A stretch of 32,000 bases of DNA from Zygophlyctis sp. KS116 (GCA_054661495.1 BAAFSQ010000046.1:1-32000), one strand, 5' to 3'. Shown: positions 10,736-23,106, numbered from the stretch's first letter. Program-made: numbers and translations. The notes: generated from the sequence alone by a model not told the origin.

Positions 10736-11716
10736 TTAGATAAAATAATCGTTTCCTTCACTACTACTAATAACTTCTCCAACATCATGCACATCCAATT
10801 TGAATTTTTCATCCTTTGGAGCGACACGAAGATCATCTGGACAAGCTGGGAATACCACAAAAGTCCTTTTCAAGCCTGGAGAAATATTTAAAACAGATGC
10901 CAGATTTCCAGCCCTATAGCAATAATTTGGTGCAGACCATACTGTAGATAGCAAATCATTAAAAAGAACTTGATAGCCTTCCATACATAGTTGATGCGCC
11001 CTAGCAATATGATTTATAGAATTAGAAAAACAAAATTGTTCAGTGACACGCTCTCCAAAAGTGTAACCAGCTCCTAACTTTAATTTACTTGAAATACCCC
11101 TTTGTGAAATTGCAAAGTCTTTTATAGTTGGATCAGGATCAGACCAAACTAAATCAGCCATTCCCCCTTCGTGAGGAATTTCTTTATATCTATCTATTAA
11201 TCTAATTTGATCTAGAGTATGAAGAGAAGGACTTAAACCTCCATGTACACAGAGTAATTCACCATCTACAACTGCTCCAAGTACTAAAAAATCAAATAAT
11301 GTCGTGAATGCAGTCCAAACATTTGTATTTCCATACTTATTTATACATTCAGCGTAAAATCCATATGTTTGAGTGATTGATCTCGATTCATGATTACCTC
11401 TAATTAAAGTAATTCTACAAGGATACAATAATTTTAAAAGGGCTAAAAGAGTAATGACTTGAAGAGAATAATATCCCCTGTCTACATAATCCCCAAGAAA
11501 GATATAATTTGTATCTGGTAAAGGCCCTGAAATCTTGAATATTTCGCATAAATCATAAAATTGACCATGCAGATCCCCTACAACCGTCACCGGAGAGCTT
11601 AAATGAACAATATTCCCTTCCTTTAAGAGTATAGAGATTACACGAGGCACCAATTCAATAATAACATTTTCTGGCAACAACTGTCCAGCCATAGCAATCC
11701 CCAAATACTTTTGCAT
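10736..11716 (-). CDS. PPG1: PP2A-like Ser/Thr phosphatase, Ppg1 type (~318 aa)
   Basis: GDLHG, GDYVDRG, RGNHE, HGG, SAPNYCY. MADLVWSDPD is Ppg1-like. In-frame 24-nt intron 11074-11097 restores RGAG. The first ATG is at 11716. Confidence 0.85.
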   Translation of the reverse strand: MQKYLGIAMAGQLLPENVIIELVPRVISILLKEGNIVHLSSPVTVVGDLHGQFYDLCEIFKISGPLPDTNYIFLGDYVDRGYYSLQVITLLALLKLLYPCRITLIRGNHESRSITQTYGFYAECINKYGNTNVWTAFTTLFDFLVLGAVVDGELLCVHGGLSPSLHTLDQIRLIDRYKEIPHEGGMADLVWSDPDPTIKDFAISQRGISSKLKLGAGYTFGERVTEQFCFSNSINHIARAHQLCMEGYQVLFNDLLSTVWSAPNYCYRAGNLASVLNISPGLKRTFVVFPACPDDLRVAPKDEKFKLDVHDVGEVISSSEGNDYFI

Positions 11717-11740
11717 TGATACTGCGCAAGGGCGGCGATA

Positions 11741-12464
11741 ATGTCCAGGAATATGAGGAAAGCAGGGATTGCAGGGATTTCCAGACAACAGCAGTCTAAA
11801 CAGGAATTTCAGAAACAATCCTTGCTAATAGCTTCCAAACAGTTGGAAAATTACAATTCTTATTTAAAGAAATTCCAGGAGAAATTAGAGGAATTTTCTA
11901 AAAAGTATTCTCAAGAGATAAAATCAAAGGGGGAATTCAGGACTCAATTCCTGGAAATGTGTATGAAAATAGGTGTAGATCCTCTAGCGTCGTCAAAGGG
12001 ATTCTGGGGTGAATTGCTCGGGATTGGCGATTTTTACTACGAATTAGGAATTCAAATTCTAGAAATAGCTTTAGCTACATCTCATAGAAATGGAGGAATA
12101 ATATCTTTATCGAAAATTAAGGAAATTCTAAAACGAGATGTTTCAGAAGAGGATATTTTAAAAAGTCTAAATAATATTCAAGTTTTGGGGAATGGATTGG
12201 AACTACTAAAATTAAATTCAGAAATATTTTTAGGATCTGTTCCTAGAGAACTAAACAGAGACTTGTTACAGGTTTTAGAATTTGTTAAAAGTAAAAAATC
12301 TGTTACAATCAAGGATTTGATACATCATTTTTCTTGGGAATCTCAGAGAGTATCAAGGGCAATTGTAAGTTTATACGATCTCATTAAAGGAAAATTTGAT
12401 TAAAGAAGGGATATTTTGGGTTGATGAACAAGTAGAACCAATAGAGTACTGGATAAACTTCTAA
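11741..12464 (+). CDS. SNF8: ESCRT-II subunit Snf8/Vps22 (~232 aa)
   Basis: IGVDPLASSKGFW, GDFYYELG, SVPREL, WVDEQ...YW after intron 12365-12389. An alternative start lies at 11753. Confidence 0.93.
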
Positions 12465-14216
12465 AAAACTTTTTGGAAAATATCATCAATTTCTGCTTCA
12501 ATCGCTTTCTCTTTAAGAGTAACAGGAATCGAACTTCCTCTAGGTAATGAGTGGTATTTAAGATTATCTAGTCTAGCTCCTTCTTTAAATCTGATTGAAT
12601 CTAGTCTTCTAGATCCAATCGTGGAAGAACGTGGAAAGCTGTCTTGTTTTTTTGTCTCAATCAAATCTAGAGATTTTCGTGGTTGCTGAGCTTCATTGAC
12701 TGCTTCCAAAAGATTATTTTCACAAAGTGTTTCATCTTTAGATAATATCGGACGTGGAACGTCAGTTTCAACTGTTAGGTTTTCTACGATAGGAGCAGGC
12801 TCTTCAGATTCCTTTGTAGATTTTAATAAAGGTAGAGGAGAAGAGTACATCACAGATCTACAGTTCAAAATCGTTACTGGAATTTCACATTCAGTGGATT
12901 TTCTAAATAATAAATAAATGGATACATACCCTCCTTTAAGCAAAACTTTTACTTGAACCACAAATGAAACATCTACAAGCATTGCGAATCTGATACTTTT
13001 GGCTGATGATGGTATTTCTAGTTCAAGCATCATATTTCTAGATTCACCAGGGAGAATTTGCCACTCATTGATTGTCTTTTTACTCTGAATTTCATCTGAA
13101 ACAGGTTCTTTCAGGATATTTCTTCCACTTTTACTATCAACCTTTGAAGATTTCCACAATTTTGATACCACTACTTCTCTGGTAAAATCTAGAGGTTGAG
13201 GAGATCGCTGCCCTGAATGATCAATCACTTCTTTAAAAGTTTTGAATCTCTTGATTAAAGACAATTGAATTGTTTTGACCTATTATTTGGAGAAGGAATT
13301 AATTACCTCTCTATGAGTCGTGTTTTCGATCATAACATGAACATAGCCAATATTTCCTGAAATCCATAAACCAGAGTCCGTACATGAATCAGTTTCTCGA
13401 GTTCGAAGACCAGCTGATACCTTTAATGCTCCTTTACTCTTATAGATAATTCCTCTTTTTAATTCGAGACTGGAGAAAGCCTTCATCGAAGAAGGAACAA
13501 ACCAAAGAGAATTCAAATTTGAATGATACTGCTCAAAGACTAAAATATCTTGATACTTTGCCAAAGGTATTTGAACATAATCAGTCTTATAATGAACAAA
13601 AGCAGCTACAATATGTCTAATACCTCCAATCTTTTTCTTCCAGATTGAACTTGGAATGGGACCTGAACATTCCTCTACGATTTGTAAATTTGGATTAGAA
13701 GAAATTTTGATTGCATCTCTAGAAAGAGGAATCGAGAAATCAAATCCAATTGATCCTGGTCTTGCTAACCAGCAACCATCTTCATCTATAGGTCCTGGAA
13801 ATACAGCTGCCGATGGTGGAGTCCGAGGAGATTGAATATTGAACAGATGTGAATACAACAATTTCTGTTGATTTTTGCCCTTGAGTCCAACTTCTATTGA
13901 TTAAGATAACGCGTGAATACATACCTTGAAACCCAAAGACTCTTACTTCAATCTTTCCTAATTTCAACTTTCTTTTTGGGCAATCCAAAATCAATTTTCC
14001 AGATACAGCATCACCGCCTGAAAATGACATTTGATCTAATACGATATTTACAGACACTCCATGTCCAACTGATTTTACGGATCCTATCTTATCCACAGGA
14101 GGAAAGATTGAGGAATGTGTATTAAGTTTAATCACATCCTTTGACATATCAATGATTGTAGTCAATGAATCCGAGTTTTCATTACTCAGAGCGTTATTCT
14201 GCCAGGTATTTGCCAT
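12461..14216 (-). CDS. Arrestin-like (alpha-arrestin fold) protein, ~556 aa
   Basis: Arrestin-N-like GDAVSGKL...KIEVRVFG, FDFSIPL, PSS and GGIRH segments, and arrestin-C-like DVSFVVQV...EIPVTI. Introns 13894-13924, 13280-13306, 12903-12929. Confidence 0.7.
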
Positions 14217-14232
14217 GAGATTCTAGTAAAAT

Positions 14233-14267
14233 ATCCGAAAGAGCCATTAATCCGAAAGAGCCATTAA
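14233..14267. repeat. Perfect tandem duplication of the 17-mer ATCCGAAAGAGCCATTA in a divergent promoter
   Basis: Copies at 14233-14249 and 14250-14266. A degenerate third copy (aacgaaaagcc) lies near 14273. Confidence 0.9.
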
Positions 14268-14329
14268 ACCAAAACGAAAAGCCGGTTCAGACTCTATGAA
14301 AACCCTCTTGAGAATTTTCATTTTTGCAA

Positions 14330-15181
14330 ATGTTTCCTTTGGACTCATTGATTGATCAAGGGGATAAAGCCTTGTCCGATGGCCTGTATGATGTCTCTCT
14401 AAAGTTTTATGAAAGAGCTCTGTCTGATCATGGAGAAAATTACTTAATTTATGAGAAATTGGGGACTTTGTCCTTGTCTAAATCAGATTCTCAACCTGAA
14501 ACCATCACTGAAGCTTACCAGTATTTTAGTAAATCTCTAGAGCTTAATCCCAACTCATTAACTAGTTGTTTAAATTTAGCTCAATTATCTCAAGGAAAGG
14601 ATGCATTATCCTATTATCAGTCTGCATTGCCACTTATTCAAGATGAAGACGTTAAAATTCAAGTATATTGCTCAATGTCTGAAATTTATTTAACAGATTG
14701 TTGTGATGAACCAGATGCTGAATCACAAATTGAATCATTTCTTAATATTTGTTCTGGAATTAATCAAAAACATACTCAGTATCTGATTACTTTTGCATCT
14801 CTACGAATATCTCAGTCCAGGCCTCTGGAAGCTAAAGAATTTCTAAGTTTATTCTTGAAAAATTTATCAAGAGATTTTGAATCTATTCCAAATTATGATA
14901 CTAGAATTTCAGCAATCAAATTATGCATTGAAACTCAAATGTATGATGAAGCACTGGATTTATTAGGCGTGAATTTGCAAGTAGATGAGGATGATGCAGA
15001 GACTTGGTATCTCTTTGGCTGGATATATTATCTCTTTTATTCAGATGGAGAGTTGGAGTATGAATCTGATATGTTGGAATGTTGGGATAGATTAGAATTG
15101 ATTCAAGAAAAGACGGGATGCGTAGATCTGGATATATTAGAACACATCAAACAGCTTAAAGTTTCGCGTCAAGGTCAGTGA
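14330..15181 (+). CDS. ACL4: TPR protein, assembly chaperone of Rpl4-like (283 aa), intronless
   Basis: TPR helices, with LAQLSQG, EIYLTDCCDEPDAE, ASLRISQ and WYLFGW motifs typical of Acl4. Confidence 0.8.
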   Translation: MFPLDSLIDQGDKALSDGLYDVSLKFYERALSDHGENYLIYEKLGTLSLSKSDSQPETITEAYQYFSKSLELNPNSLTSCLNLAQLSQGKDALSYYQSALPLIQDEDVKIQVYCSMSEIYLTDCCDEPDAESQIESFLNICSGINQKHTQYLITFASLRISQSRPLEAKEFLSLFLKNLSRDFESIPNYDTRISAIKLCIETQMYDEALDLLGVNLQVDEDDAETWYLFGWIYYLFYSDGELEYESDMLECWDRLELIQEKTGCVDLDILEHIKQLKVSRQGQ

Positions 15182-15199
15182 AATAAAAATACTTATTCA

Positions 15200-18155
15200 A
15201 TGCCTCTATACAAGAAGCAAGTGGTGGAGAAAATTCCTCTAAGGCAGGCATTGCATCCAGATTCTGAGGTTTTTGTTATTCCTTTTACCGGGGAAGTTTT
15301 TGTTAGTTATGAGACTTATATCTCAAGATTACTCTTTTACAAGAGGAGAATCTGGAGTTGTGAGGCTACCAATAAGGAAGGGCTTACATATCAAGAGGCA
15401 TTAGAGTCAGAGACTATGGCTTTAAATATGATTATGAGTGCATTTCCAGAGGCTAAAAGACATTGGGCGTTATCATTATTACACTATAATTCATGTACAG
15501 TTGCTGATATTATTGACATGCTGATTCAGAAATTTAGTAACCTCCTAGAAGGGGAAATCATATCAAGTGCTGGATCTTCTTACAGGGTAATTGGTTCTCA
15601 AGATGATGTTTCAATAAAGGCGATAAAGGTTGATGATTACACGGTTGGAAATGGCGTAGATTCCTCAGTTGTGGTTTTACCTCTAAATAAGATCAAGAGA
15701 GATAAGCAATTGACATCCAAGATTGCTCTAAAAAGATTTATAAAAGATGTTGCAGTAAAAGAAGGAGGGAATATTGGAGGTACCTGGATGGTCAAGGTAT
15801 TACTTCGAGTCTTTTAAAAAATAGCCTGAACTAGTCTCTAGATATAGATTAGACAACAAGCCATCTCAAGAAGTAGTGGATTGGCAGGATCAAAAGAAAT
15901 TACTCGAGATGCAAGATCCTTCTAAAAAGTATGGGAAGGGATTCCCTGTGGAAGATAGTGAATTGTTTGGATTTGTGGAGGATACAAAAAGACCAACTCC
16001 TTGTTATGATTTTGGAGAAATTGATGAAAAACTTGTACCGGAATTTATGACTGTTTGGAATTTTTTATCAATTTTTAGGTACAGTTTGGCTATTTAACCA
16101 TCTAGTACTAAACTGAATATCTCAGCTTTTACATTTGAGGAATTCAAAACTTGTATATGCTTTCAATCTGACGATTTTCTTCCAGATATCATCGTAGAGA
16201 GTTTTGCAGCGCTATTGGCTTTGGCATGTACAGAATGGACCAATAATGCCTCCTCTTCGACAGGTGTACCACCACCTCCTCTATCATTTGCTCGGGATTT
16301 ATCCACATGCTCATCTTTAGAGAATGTAAACTCACTCCCCACCGAATCATTGATGGAAATTATTGATAAAAAAAGTGCCGATCAAGTTGCATTTGAGCTT
16401 TTATACGAAAAATTTACTGTGGAAGAAAAGGCGGCTCTTGATCAATGGTATAAGTGGGCTCCTGAGAAATGGATGAGCAAAGATCGAAGAAAATCTACTC
16501 AGACATCAGTAAAAGATAAATATAAGGCATGGCAAATTGCCCTAGCTGGGCTTATAAGGGATTGGATGACTGAGGACGCGCTTCCTGGAAAATATTCATT
16601 TCTAATTTCGATTTTTCAAGATGTTTCTGATACTATAAAAGAGCCGGAAATTAAGTCTGAAGAAAAAGAACATCCTGACATTGATGAAAAAGAACTTGAT
16701 GATGAAAATAATAAGAATGAAGCCGATGATTCTGAAAGCGATTCAAATCAATCAGAAGAAAATGATGAGTCAGATTCAGATCAGTCAAATGGTGTTCAGT
16801 ACTCCTTACGCAAAAAGCGGAAAATTATTAAAGATGAAGAAGATGTCGAAACAGAAGAGGGTCAGTCTGAGCTTTCAAGGAAATCTCGAAAGAAAAGCTC
16901 ACCATCGAAATCCAAAGGCAAAAAGAATACAGCTGAAAATGATGATTTTCTCACAGCTCAACACATTTTGGAATTTACTCAATTGTGTAGAAATGCAGAG
17001 CATGGATTTTCTAAATGCTCCAATAGAGACCGAATTCGAATTTTGGTTTTCCTAGTTCATTCGTGTGTGGAACCTAGTGTTGATATACACTCTTACATTG
17101 ATGAATGTATTGAAAAAATTGCAAAACTGAAGCGCAACCAACGTGCTTTAATTAAAGATCGCAAAGTGATGTAAACCCTCTTTAATTTTAAATATATAGA
17201 AAGGAGCAGCGCGAAGGATTTAATAAGCGGGATAAGCAGAAGTTAAAAGAGCTGGGTGTTGCGAGTGGTACTGGTGAGACCGTCGAAACTCTAGAAGGGC
17301 CGATTTTGGAAGGTGAAAATCAAGAAGGATCTGTGATAGATGGTAGTGAAAGGCTAGATGAAGATATGTTGGACGACGCTGAAAAGCCAGATGATTCTGT
17401 TATTGATGCGAGTGATCGGCCCGATGAAGATGAAGATCATGAATCAGAGTACTTAAACAATTTTCTAATTATTAGCATGACTAAAAACCAAAAGACTCTC
17501 CGTCATCGAAAAGTTTCTATCAATGATCAAAGAAAAGAAGAAGAAGGAAAAAGGTCAGATGTGTGGGAAAAAATTAAAAAAGAGTCAAAACAGGTACAAA
17601 AAGAATTCAAAGCACATGAAGACGTAAAATATTATTTTTCACATTTTAGGAACGAAGAAAAATAGAAGATAAAGAAAGGAATTTTGCAACAAAGGAATCA
17701 TCAATCGATCTGCAGTTGCGGTCTGCTAGTGGGCCTTTACGTGTAAGATGTCTGGGACAAGATCGATATTTCAACCGTTATTGGTGGTTTGACGGTTCTA
17801 TTGGAACCCAAAGCTCCTCAGACTCAAACTTCTTTGCCCCTAAGGGAAAATACAAAAATGCGGGATGGGCATCTGGATATTTATTTGTAGAGGATTTTGG
17901 GGTAGATTCTTCACTTGGCTCAAATGATGCGGCTTTAGATGATGTAAAAACAGGAAACCTTACGGGGAAGTGGGGATACTATACGGAAGTTAAACAGGTA
18001 CGATTTTAAAATATTTATAATGTGTTCAGGCACTTGATCTAATCAATTGGTTAGACGTCAGAGGAGTTCGAGAACGAAACTTGATTAACAACCTATCAAA
18101 AATAGAAGATCTTCTATTGGATGGAATGGAACAGAGGAACAAAGATAATAGCTAA
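15200..18155 (+). CDS. ITC1: ISWI accessory subunit Itc1/BAZ1A-like (WAC-DDT-WHIM/WSD, ~928 aa)
   Basis: WAC motif FTGEVF...WSCEAT...LTYQEALESE, DDT motif VWNFLSIF...FTFEEF, LGQDRYFNRYWWF, WLDVRGVRE. Introns 15797-15824, 16079-16105, 17171-17199, 17449-17475, 17624-17649, 17998-18029. Confidence 0.82.
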
Positions 18156-18240
18156 TGTACAGCATATTTCACTCAACAAAATTCTGCAAAAACATTTAAC
18201 CGTGCTATTGGATTGAACATATTTTAAAAATATGTATCTT

Positions 18241-19429
18241 TTATAAATTGAGTTTTTCAACCTGATTATAGCCTTTAGAAAGCGATAAATATATATCCGT
18301 TCCAAAACCATTTATACTAGCCAAATCAACATCTCCACCCCAATAATTGGCATATATCTTTGACAATGCTAAGCTTATGCCCAGATTTAAGCCTGGTCTT
18401 TCATCAAGTTTTCCAGCCATCTGTAAGTCACCAGTAAACTTGCTAAGATTTCGTTCGGGCCCTTTAACTAATGAAAACACAGATTCTTTGATACTTGGAT
18501 GGATACCCCCACCCTGATCAGACACTCTAAACATAATGCAAGATTCACTGTGACCAACTGTGACATTTATTTCTGGCATATTTTGACCAGTGCAGCTTTT
18601 CAATGTGGCTTCCATACTATTCTTTATTAGCTGATAAAGACTATATTCTACATGACTTGAATTAAATAGAGAAAATAATTACTCTGGCATATATAAAAAC
18701 GATGCATTTACATGACCATTCGCTTTTACTTTAGGTGGCTCTAAACCTGTTGATTCCTTGACAACTTCATGAGCCTTTCTTGAACATTTTGTAATAATAT
18801 CTAATGGAAGACAATTTGTATCAAGAACGCCTATAAATCTTTCTAAATCATGATCCATGAAATTATTTGCCTCCAATGATTCGGTAAATGCAATATGCTG
18901 CTCAGTTAAAACTCTTCTTCCAATCCTAGATCTCATCGTCTCTGTAATAAACTTTTCAGCTTCATTTATATCCATATGATGACTTGATTCCGCCATTCCT
19001 TGAATCAGCAATGGTATGACTACTAAATGCTTATTCAACATTTTCTTTAGACATTCATAAAATAAATGATTATCCTCAACTGTTTCGATCGTTGGAATCT
19101 TTCTAAATGCATCAAAGGCCTCCCAGTATTTATCATATACACTCAAGACTGATGGATTAGTCCCGACAATGAATGGTAGCTTTTGAAATTCACTAAGCCG
19201 ATGTGCAAGCCTATGATCAGATAAAATAAACTTACCTTATGGGCAATTCTGTTTGCAGGTATCTAGCATATTTTAATAGTTTTTCAGTATTTAATCTCTT
19301 TCCAAAGAATCGCAACTGAGCCATTGTTACTAATGTTACTTTCTTGGACGCAAAAGTCTCTAAATCATCATTCATGTAAAATGCATTTGGGATTTTAGAT
19401 AATTGACGCCATGAATGGAATCTCTTCAT
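18241..19429 (-). CDS. Mitochondrial pyruvate/branched-chain alpha-ketoacid dehydrogenase kinase family protein (378 aa)
   Basis: ELPIRLAHR, RSRIGRRVLTEQH, SDQGGGI, YANYWGG, GFGTD. Introns 19211-19235 and 18656-18682. Confidence 0.88.
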
Positions 19430-19545
19430 CGTAAAACACGTGAATACTGAGTTATTTTTAGCCAATTTCCTCCCGCTTGGCTTTTTTTAGATGTAATCTC
19501 ATGCCTAAAAATACAATTGTACTTGCCGCTTCTTTAAAACTAAAA

Positions 19546-20169
19546 ATGTCAGACATGAATGTTGAAGTAACTTCTCCTACCAATTTTCTAACAAATCCTT
19601 TTACATTTGAGTCTCAAACGAGGCGTAGTGTTTCAGTAGTTGTTGGTCAAAGCCCACTTGGGAGGCCAGAAGCAATGGAAATTCCAATGAGTAAATGGTC
19701 CCCTCCACCCGAATCTCCGATTGATGCTGCGAGGGGTCTGCTTTCCAAAAGAAAACTTCCAGTGCTGCTTGATCGATTAAGTCTACCTGATCAGAGGGCT
19801 GGTAAGTCTATGGATATGCCTACATCTCCTTTGAGGCACAACTCCTCATGGGGTCTTTCATCTTTACCAGTCGGAGCGGATCAATATAGATCACCAAACT
19901 CGGCGATTCAGGGAAGATTCAAGTGTGTCTGTGGTGCTGTATTCGAAAGAAAGGACGATTTCTATGATCATCATGCAACCTCTTGTGTTACAAACAGTCA
20001 TATATGTGAAGTTTGTAATCGTGGATTTACCAGAAGTCAAGATTTAAAACAACACAAAATGGTCCATTCAATTCAAACTGTAGTATGTACTGATTGTGGA
20101 CAAAAATTCCCTCGACAACAGTCTCTTACCCGACACAAGAAAACATGTAGACCAATTCACTACTCTTAA
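19546..20169 (+). CDS. C2H2 zinc-finger protein (three C-terminal fingers)
   Basis: CVCG...HHATSC, CEVC...FTRSQDLKQHKMVH, CTDC...LTRHKKTC. Ser/Pro-rich N-terminus. An alternative ATG lies at 19501. Confidence 0.85.
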   Translation: MSDMNVEVTSPTNFLTNPFTFESQTRRSVSVVVGQSPLGRPEAMEIPMSKWSPPPESPIDAARGLLSKRKLPVLLDRLSLPDQRAGKSMDMPTSPLRHNSSWGLSSLPVGADQYRSPNSAIQGRFKCVCGAVFERKDDFYDHHATSCVTNSHICEVCNRGFTRSQDLKQHKMVHSIQTVVCTDCGQKFPRQQSLTRHKKTCRPIHYS

Positions 20170-20174
20170 ATTGA

Positions 20175-21568
20175 TTATGCATTTAACAATTTGTAACTTA
20201 TGATATTGTTTTGAGATGATATGATATCATCCTCCCCTAGACGGACTCCTCCGATTGTTTCTGCATACTGGTAGTGTTTGTCCAAATCACCATTTACTAG
20301 TTTAGATAACTCTCGCACAGTTGTTCCATTTCGGACAAGCAAGCAGTCACGAAAAACTCCAGAATTCCTTCCGGCACTATAGTTGAGTTTGAAAATCTAT
20401 ACCTTGATGATGTGAAATTACTAATGTTTCTAACAAGAAAGACTGGTGTAAGATCAAGAGCCAAGAACGCTTTTTTAACACATTCCAAAACCCCTGTGCT
20501 CCCATATCTGAATAAAACCAAATCTTGTACCTTTTCTAATCTCCTAATTTTTTAAAAACAATATGGTACAATAAAGTTTTTTCATCTATCACTTTTAAAT
20601 CACATTTCGCATCTTCTTCCATGTCTTGTGCAGTCTCTATAAAATCTGTTCCCTCTTCATAATTGATAAATCTCTGATGATGCAACTTTTTTAGGAATAT
20701 TTCGCTCAAAGCTGAGATTGGAATAAGTTTAGTCTATATATTAACCTTCAATCATTGAATTTACCTCATCATACTTTCTCCAAATTTTATCAATATTTTT
20801 ATCGGAATCTGACAAATCAATCTTATTTAGTCCAATTATTGTAGGAAATCTTTCATTTAAAAATGCAGATACAACATTATGAATATCTTGAAAATTAGTC
20901 AGTCTAAAGAATACCCAAATCTTCCCATTGCTCCATTGGAGTCTTCATCCCCATTTTATCCAAAAACCGATGAACAATACTTATATTACTCCCATATCCA
21001 CTAAATTGAGTCTGTAAAGTTTCTGCAATTGATGCTTCTAGAGATGAAAAAATAAATGATTACTTAATGCAATATGTCTTCTAACAATACCACCCCATTT
21101 TTTTTTCAAATTTCCATAAATCCATTCGTGAATTTCTGAAGTTAACCAGTCTATGTCATTGATTGGATCATAACCAATCGTCTCTTTACCATCTGCATCA
21201 GTAGTTCCTGATACATCTACAATATGAATTAATGCATCTGCAGTTCTCAAGTCATCTAAAAACTGATTCCCAAGGCCTTGTCCCTTGTGAGCTCCTGGAA
21301 CCAATCCCGCAACATCCAGAATCCTGATGGGAATAAATCTGGTGCCATTTACACATTTTCCATAGATGGGAGCACAATCAGCTATTTTATTGAATCTAGC
21401 ACAAGGGCATTGAATTGGAACAAAAGAAACCCCATGATTTGGCTTGATTGTTGTGAATGGGAAATTTCCAGTTTTTGCTTTGGCATCTGTTATTGAATTT
21501 AGAAAGGATGATTTCCCAGCAGAAGGTTTTCCAACGACTGCTATCAATGGATCTATCCCTGATCCCAT
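20175..21568 (-). CDS. Obg-family GTPase, YGR210C-like (~418 aa)
   Basis: [36 protein letters not shown]. Introns 21038-21063, 20887-20914, 20734-20764, 20544-20569, 20377-20402. Confidence 0.9.
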
Positions 21569-21703
21569 CTAACACAATGAAAATTTGAACAGCAGATCCA
21601 CACATACCCATCCATCCATTTTAGATATTATGATACACTTCCTGATACAACATCTATATATCCCCCCATCGGAATTCAGCTCCTCGCGAAATAAGAATAA
21701 TCC

Positions 21704-23067
21704 ATGGATTCATCAAAGACTAAAAAGCAAGTATACGGGTCGTTAAATGACCTTACAAGATCTAATTCAGCAAAGACTTCATTAACAGAACTCTCACGAA
21801 GAGGATGGACTTCTAGCACAGCTTCTCTTCATGGCGGGGCAAGTAGGCTCAAGTTTCCTGGTGGTAAATGACTCAATCGTTCTTATATTAGAGGGAAAAG
21901 ATCTATCGGTGACTGGAATATTGAAGTTTCGCTTTGCCAAAAGGTAATAACGCGATGCTGATTCAAGAGAAGAATCACAGATTTATAGCATAAAGTTTTC
22001 TCAGGATGAAGAATATATCGCTTTAGGACTTGGTAATGCAAAAATCAAACTTTACTCTACAAAGACGAATTCGCTAGTGAATACATTTGAAAATCCACTT
22101 CAAGAAAATATTCCAGTGACAGCAGTTGCATTCAGGCCAGAAAATGAAGAATTTAAAACTCATAATGTTTTGGCTTCTACGTGTAAGATAAGCGACTGTT
22201 TATAATAGATGCTGATGGAAAAATAAGACTTTGGCATTTTACAAGTGGAAAATTACTTTCTACTATTGAAGAGGTTAATAATGAAATTAATTGTATTTCT
22301 TATAGATATGATGGACTTCAATTTGCAACTGGTGGAAGTGATGTGAATTTGCGGATTTATGATTCTCTTACTTCAAAGGCAATTTTAACATTGCGATCAA
22401 CGGATGAAGCAGTGGTACATGTCGCTCACAGTAATAGAATATTTTGTACTAAATTCCATCCAAATGATCCCAATCTGGTTGTTAGTGGTGGATGGGATAA
22501 TACTGTCAAGGTAATACTTTTTAAATATCTTATGCAAGATTTGGGATCAAAGATCAGGATCTGCAATTAGGACAATATACGGACCACATATTTGTGGAGA
22601 AGCTATTGATATTGATGACTTTGGAAAAACTGTAGTTACAGGCTCTTATGCGAATAGTAATGCACTTCAGGTAAAGAAACATTTGATTAAATTGTAAAGG
22701 TGTGGGATTTCGCTAGTGCTAAACTTATTTCAAATGTTCAGTGGTCTGAATCTATTGACGGCGAAGCTCAGAAATCGAGTTTATTATACACCACTAGTTT
22801 TTCTCGTGGACATGAAAGTCCAGTAGGTAAATGTAACAATCGGTTTATCATTGCTGGAGGATCTAATAGAAATGAATTGAAAATTTTCACTTCAGAATCT
22901 TATCGAGTATATATTATTAATTTACATATTAGACGGTTGCGTCCATAATCGGACTTTCAGAGGCTGTTTACTCTGTTTCAATGTCTGGAAACGATAGATA
23001 CCTAGCAGTAGGTGGGGCTTCTCAGTCTCTTATGATATTTAATATTGAAGAAAAAGTGTCAGACTGA
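21704..23067 (+). CDS. WD40-repeat protein (~400 aa)
   Basis: Repeats DGKIRLWH, FATGGSDVNLRIYD, SGGWDNTVKIWD, LQVWD. Introns 21864-21891, 21944-21967, 22183-22208, 22511-22538, 22671-22699, 22907-22932. Confidence 0.88.
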
Positions 23068-23106
23068 AATCTTTAACTTTGAGTTTAGGGCCAATTGATT
23101 TTTAAA

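Noticed and set aside
10726-10750. ATGCCTAAACTTAG resembling the U12 snRNA 5' end
   Set aside because: The match is short, overlaps the PPG1 3' coding end, and lacks the rest of U12.
11717-11818. N-terminal extension of the PPG1 ORF overlapping SNF8 antisense
   Set aside because: It begins at a non-ATG codon and is the reverse complement of conserved SNF8 sequence. PPP homology starts near ATG 11716.
14233-14267. Repeat considered as a CRISPR array or transposon end
   Set aside because: Only two adjacent copies, no spacers, no terminal inverted repeats or transposase, and a eukaryotic context.
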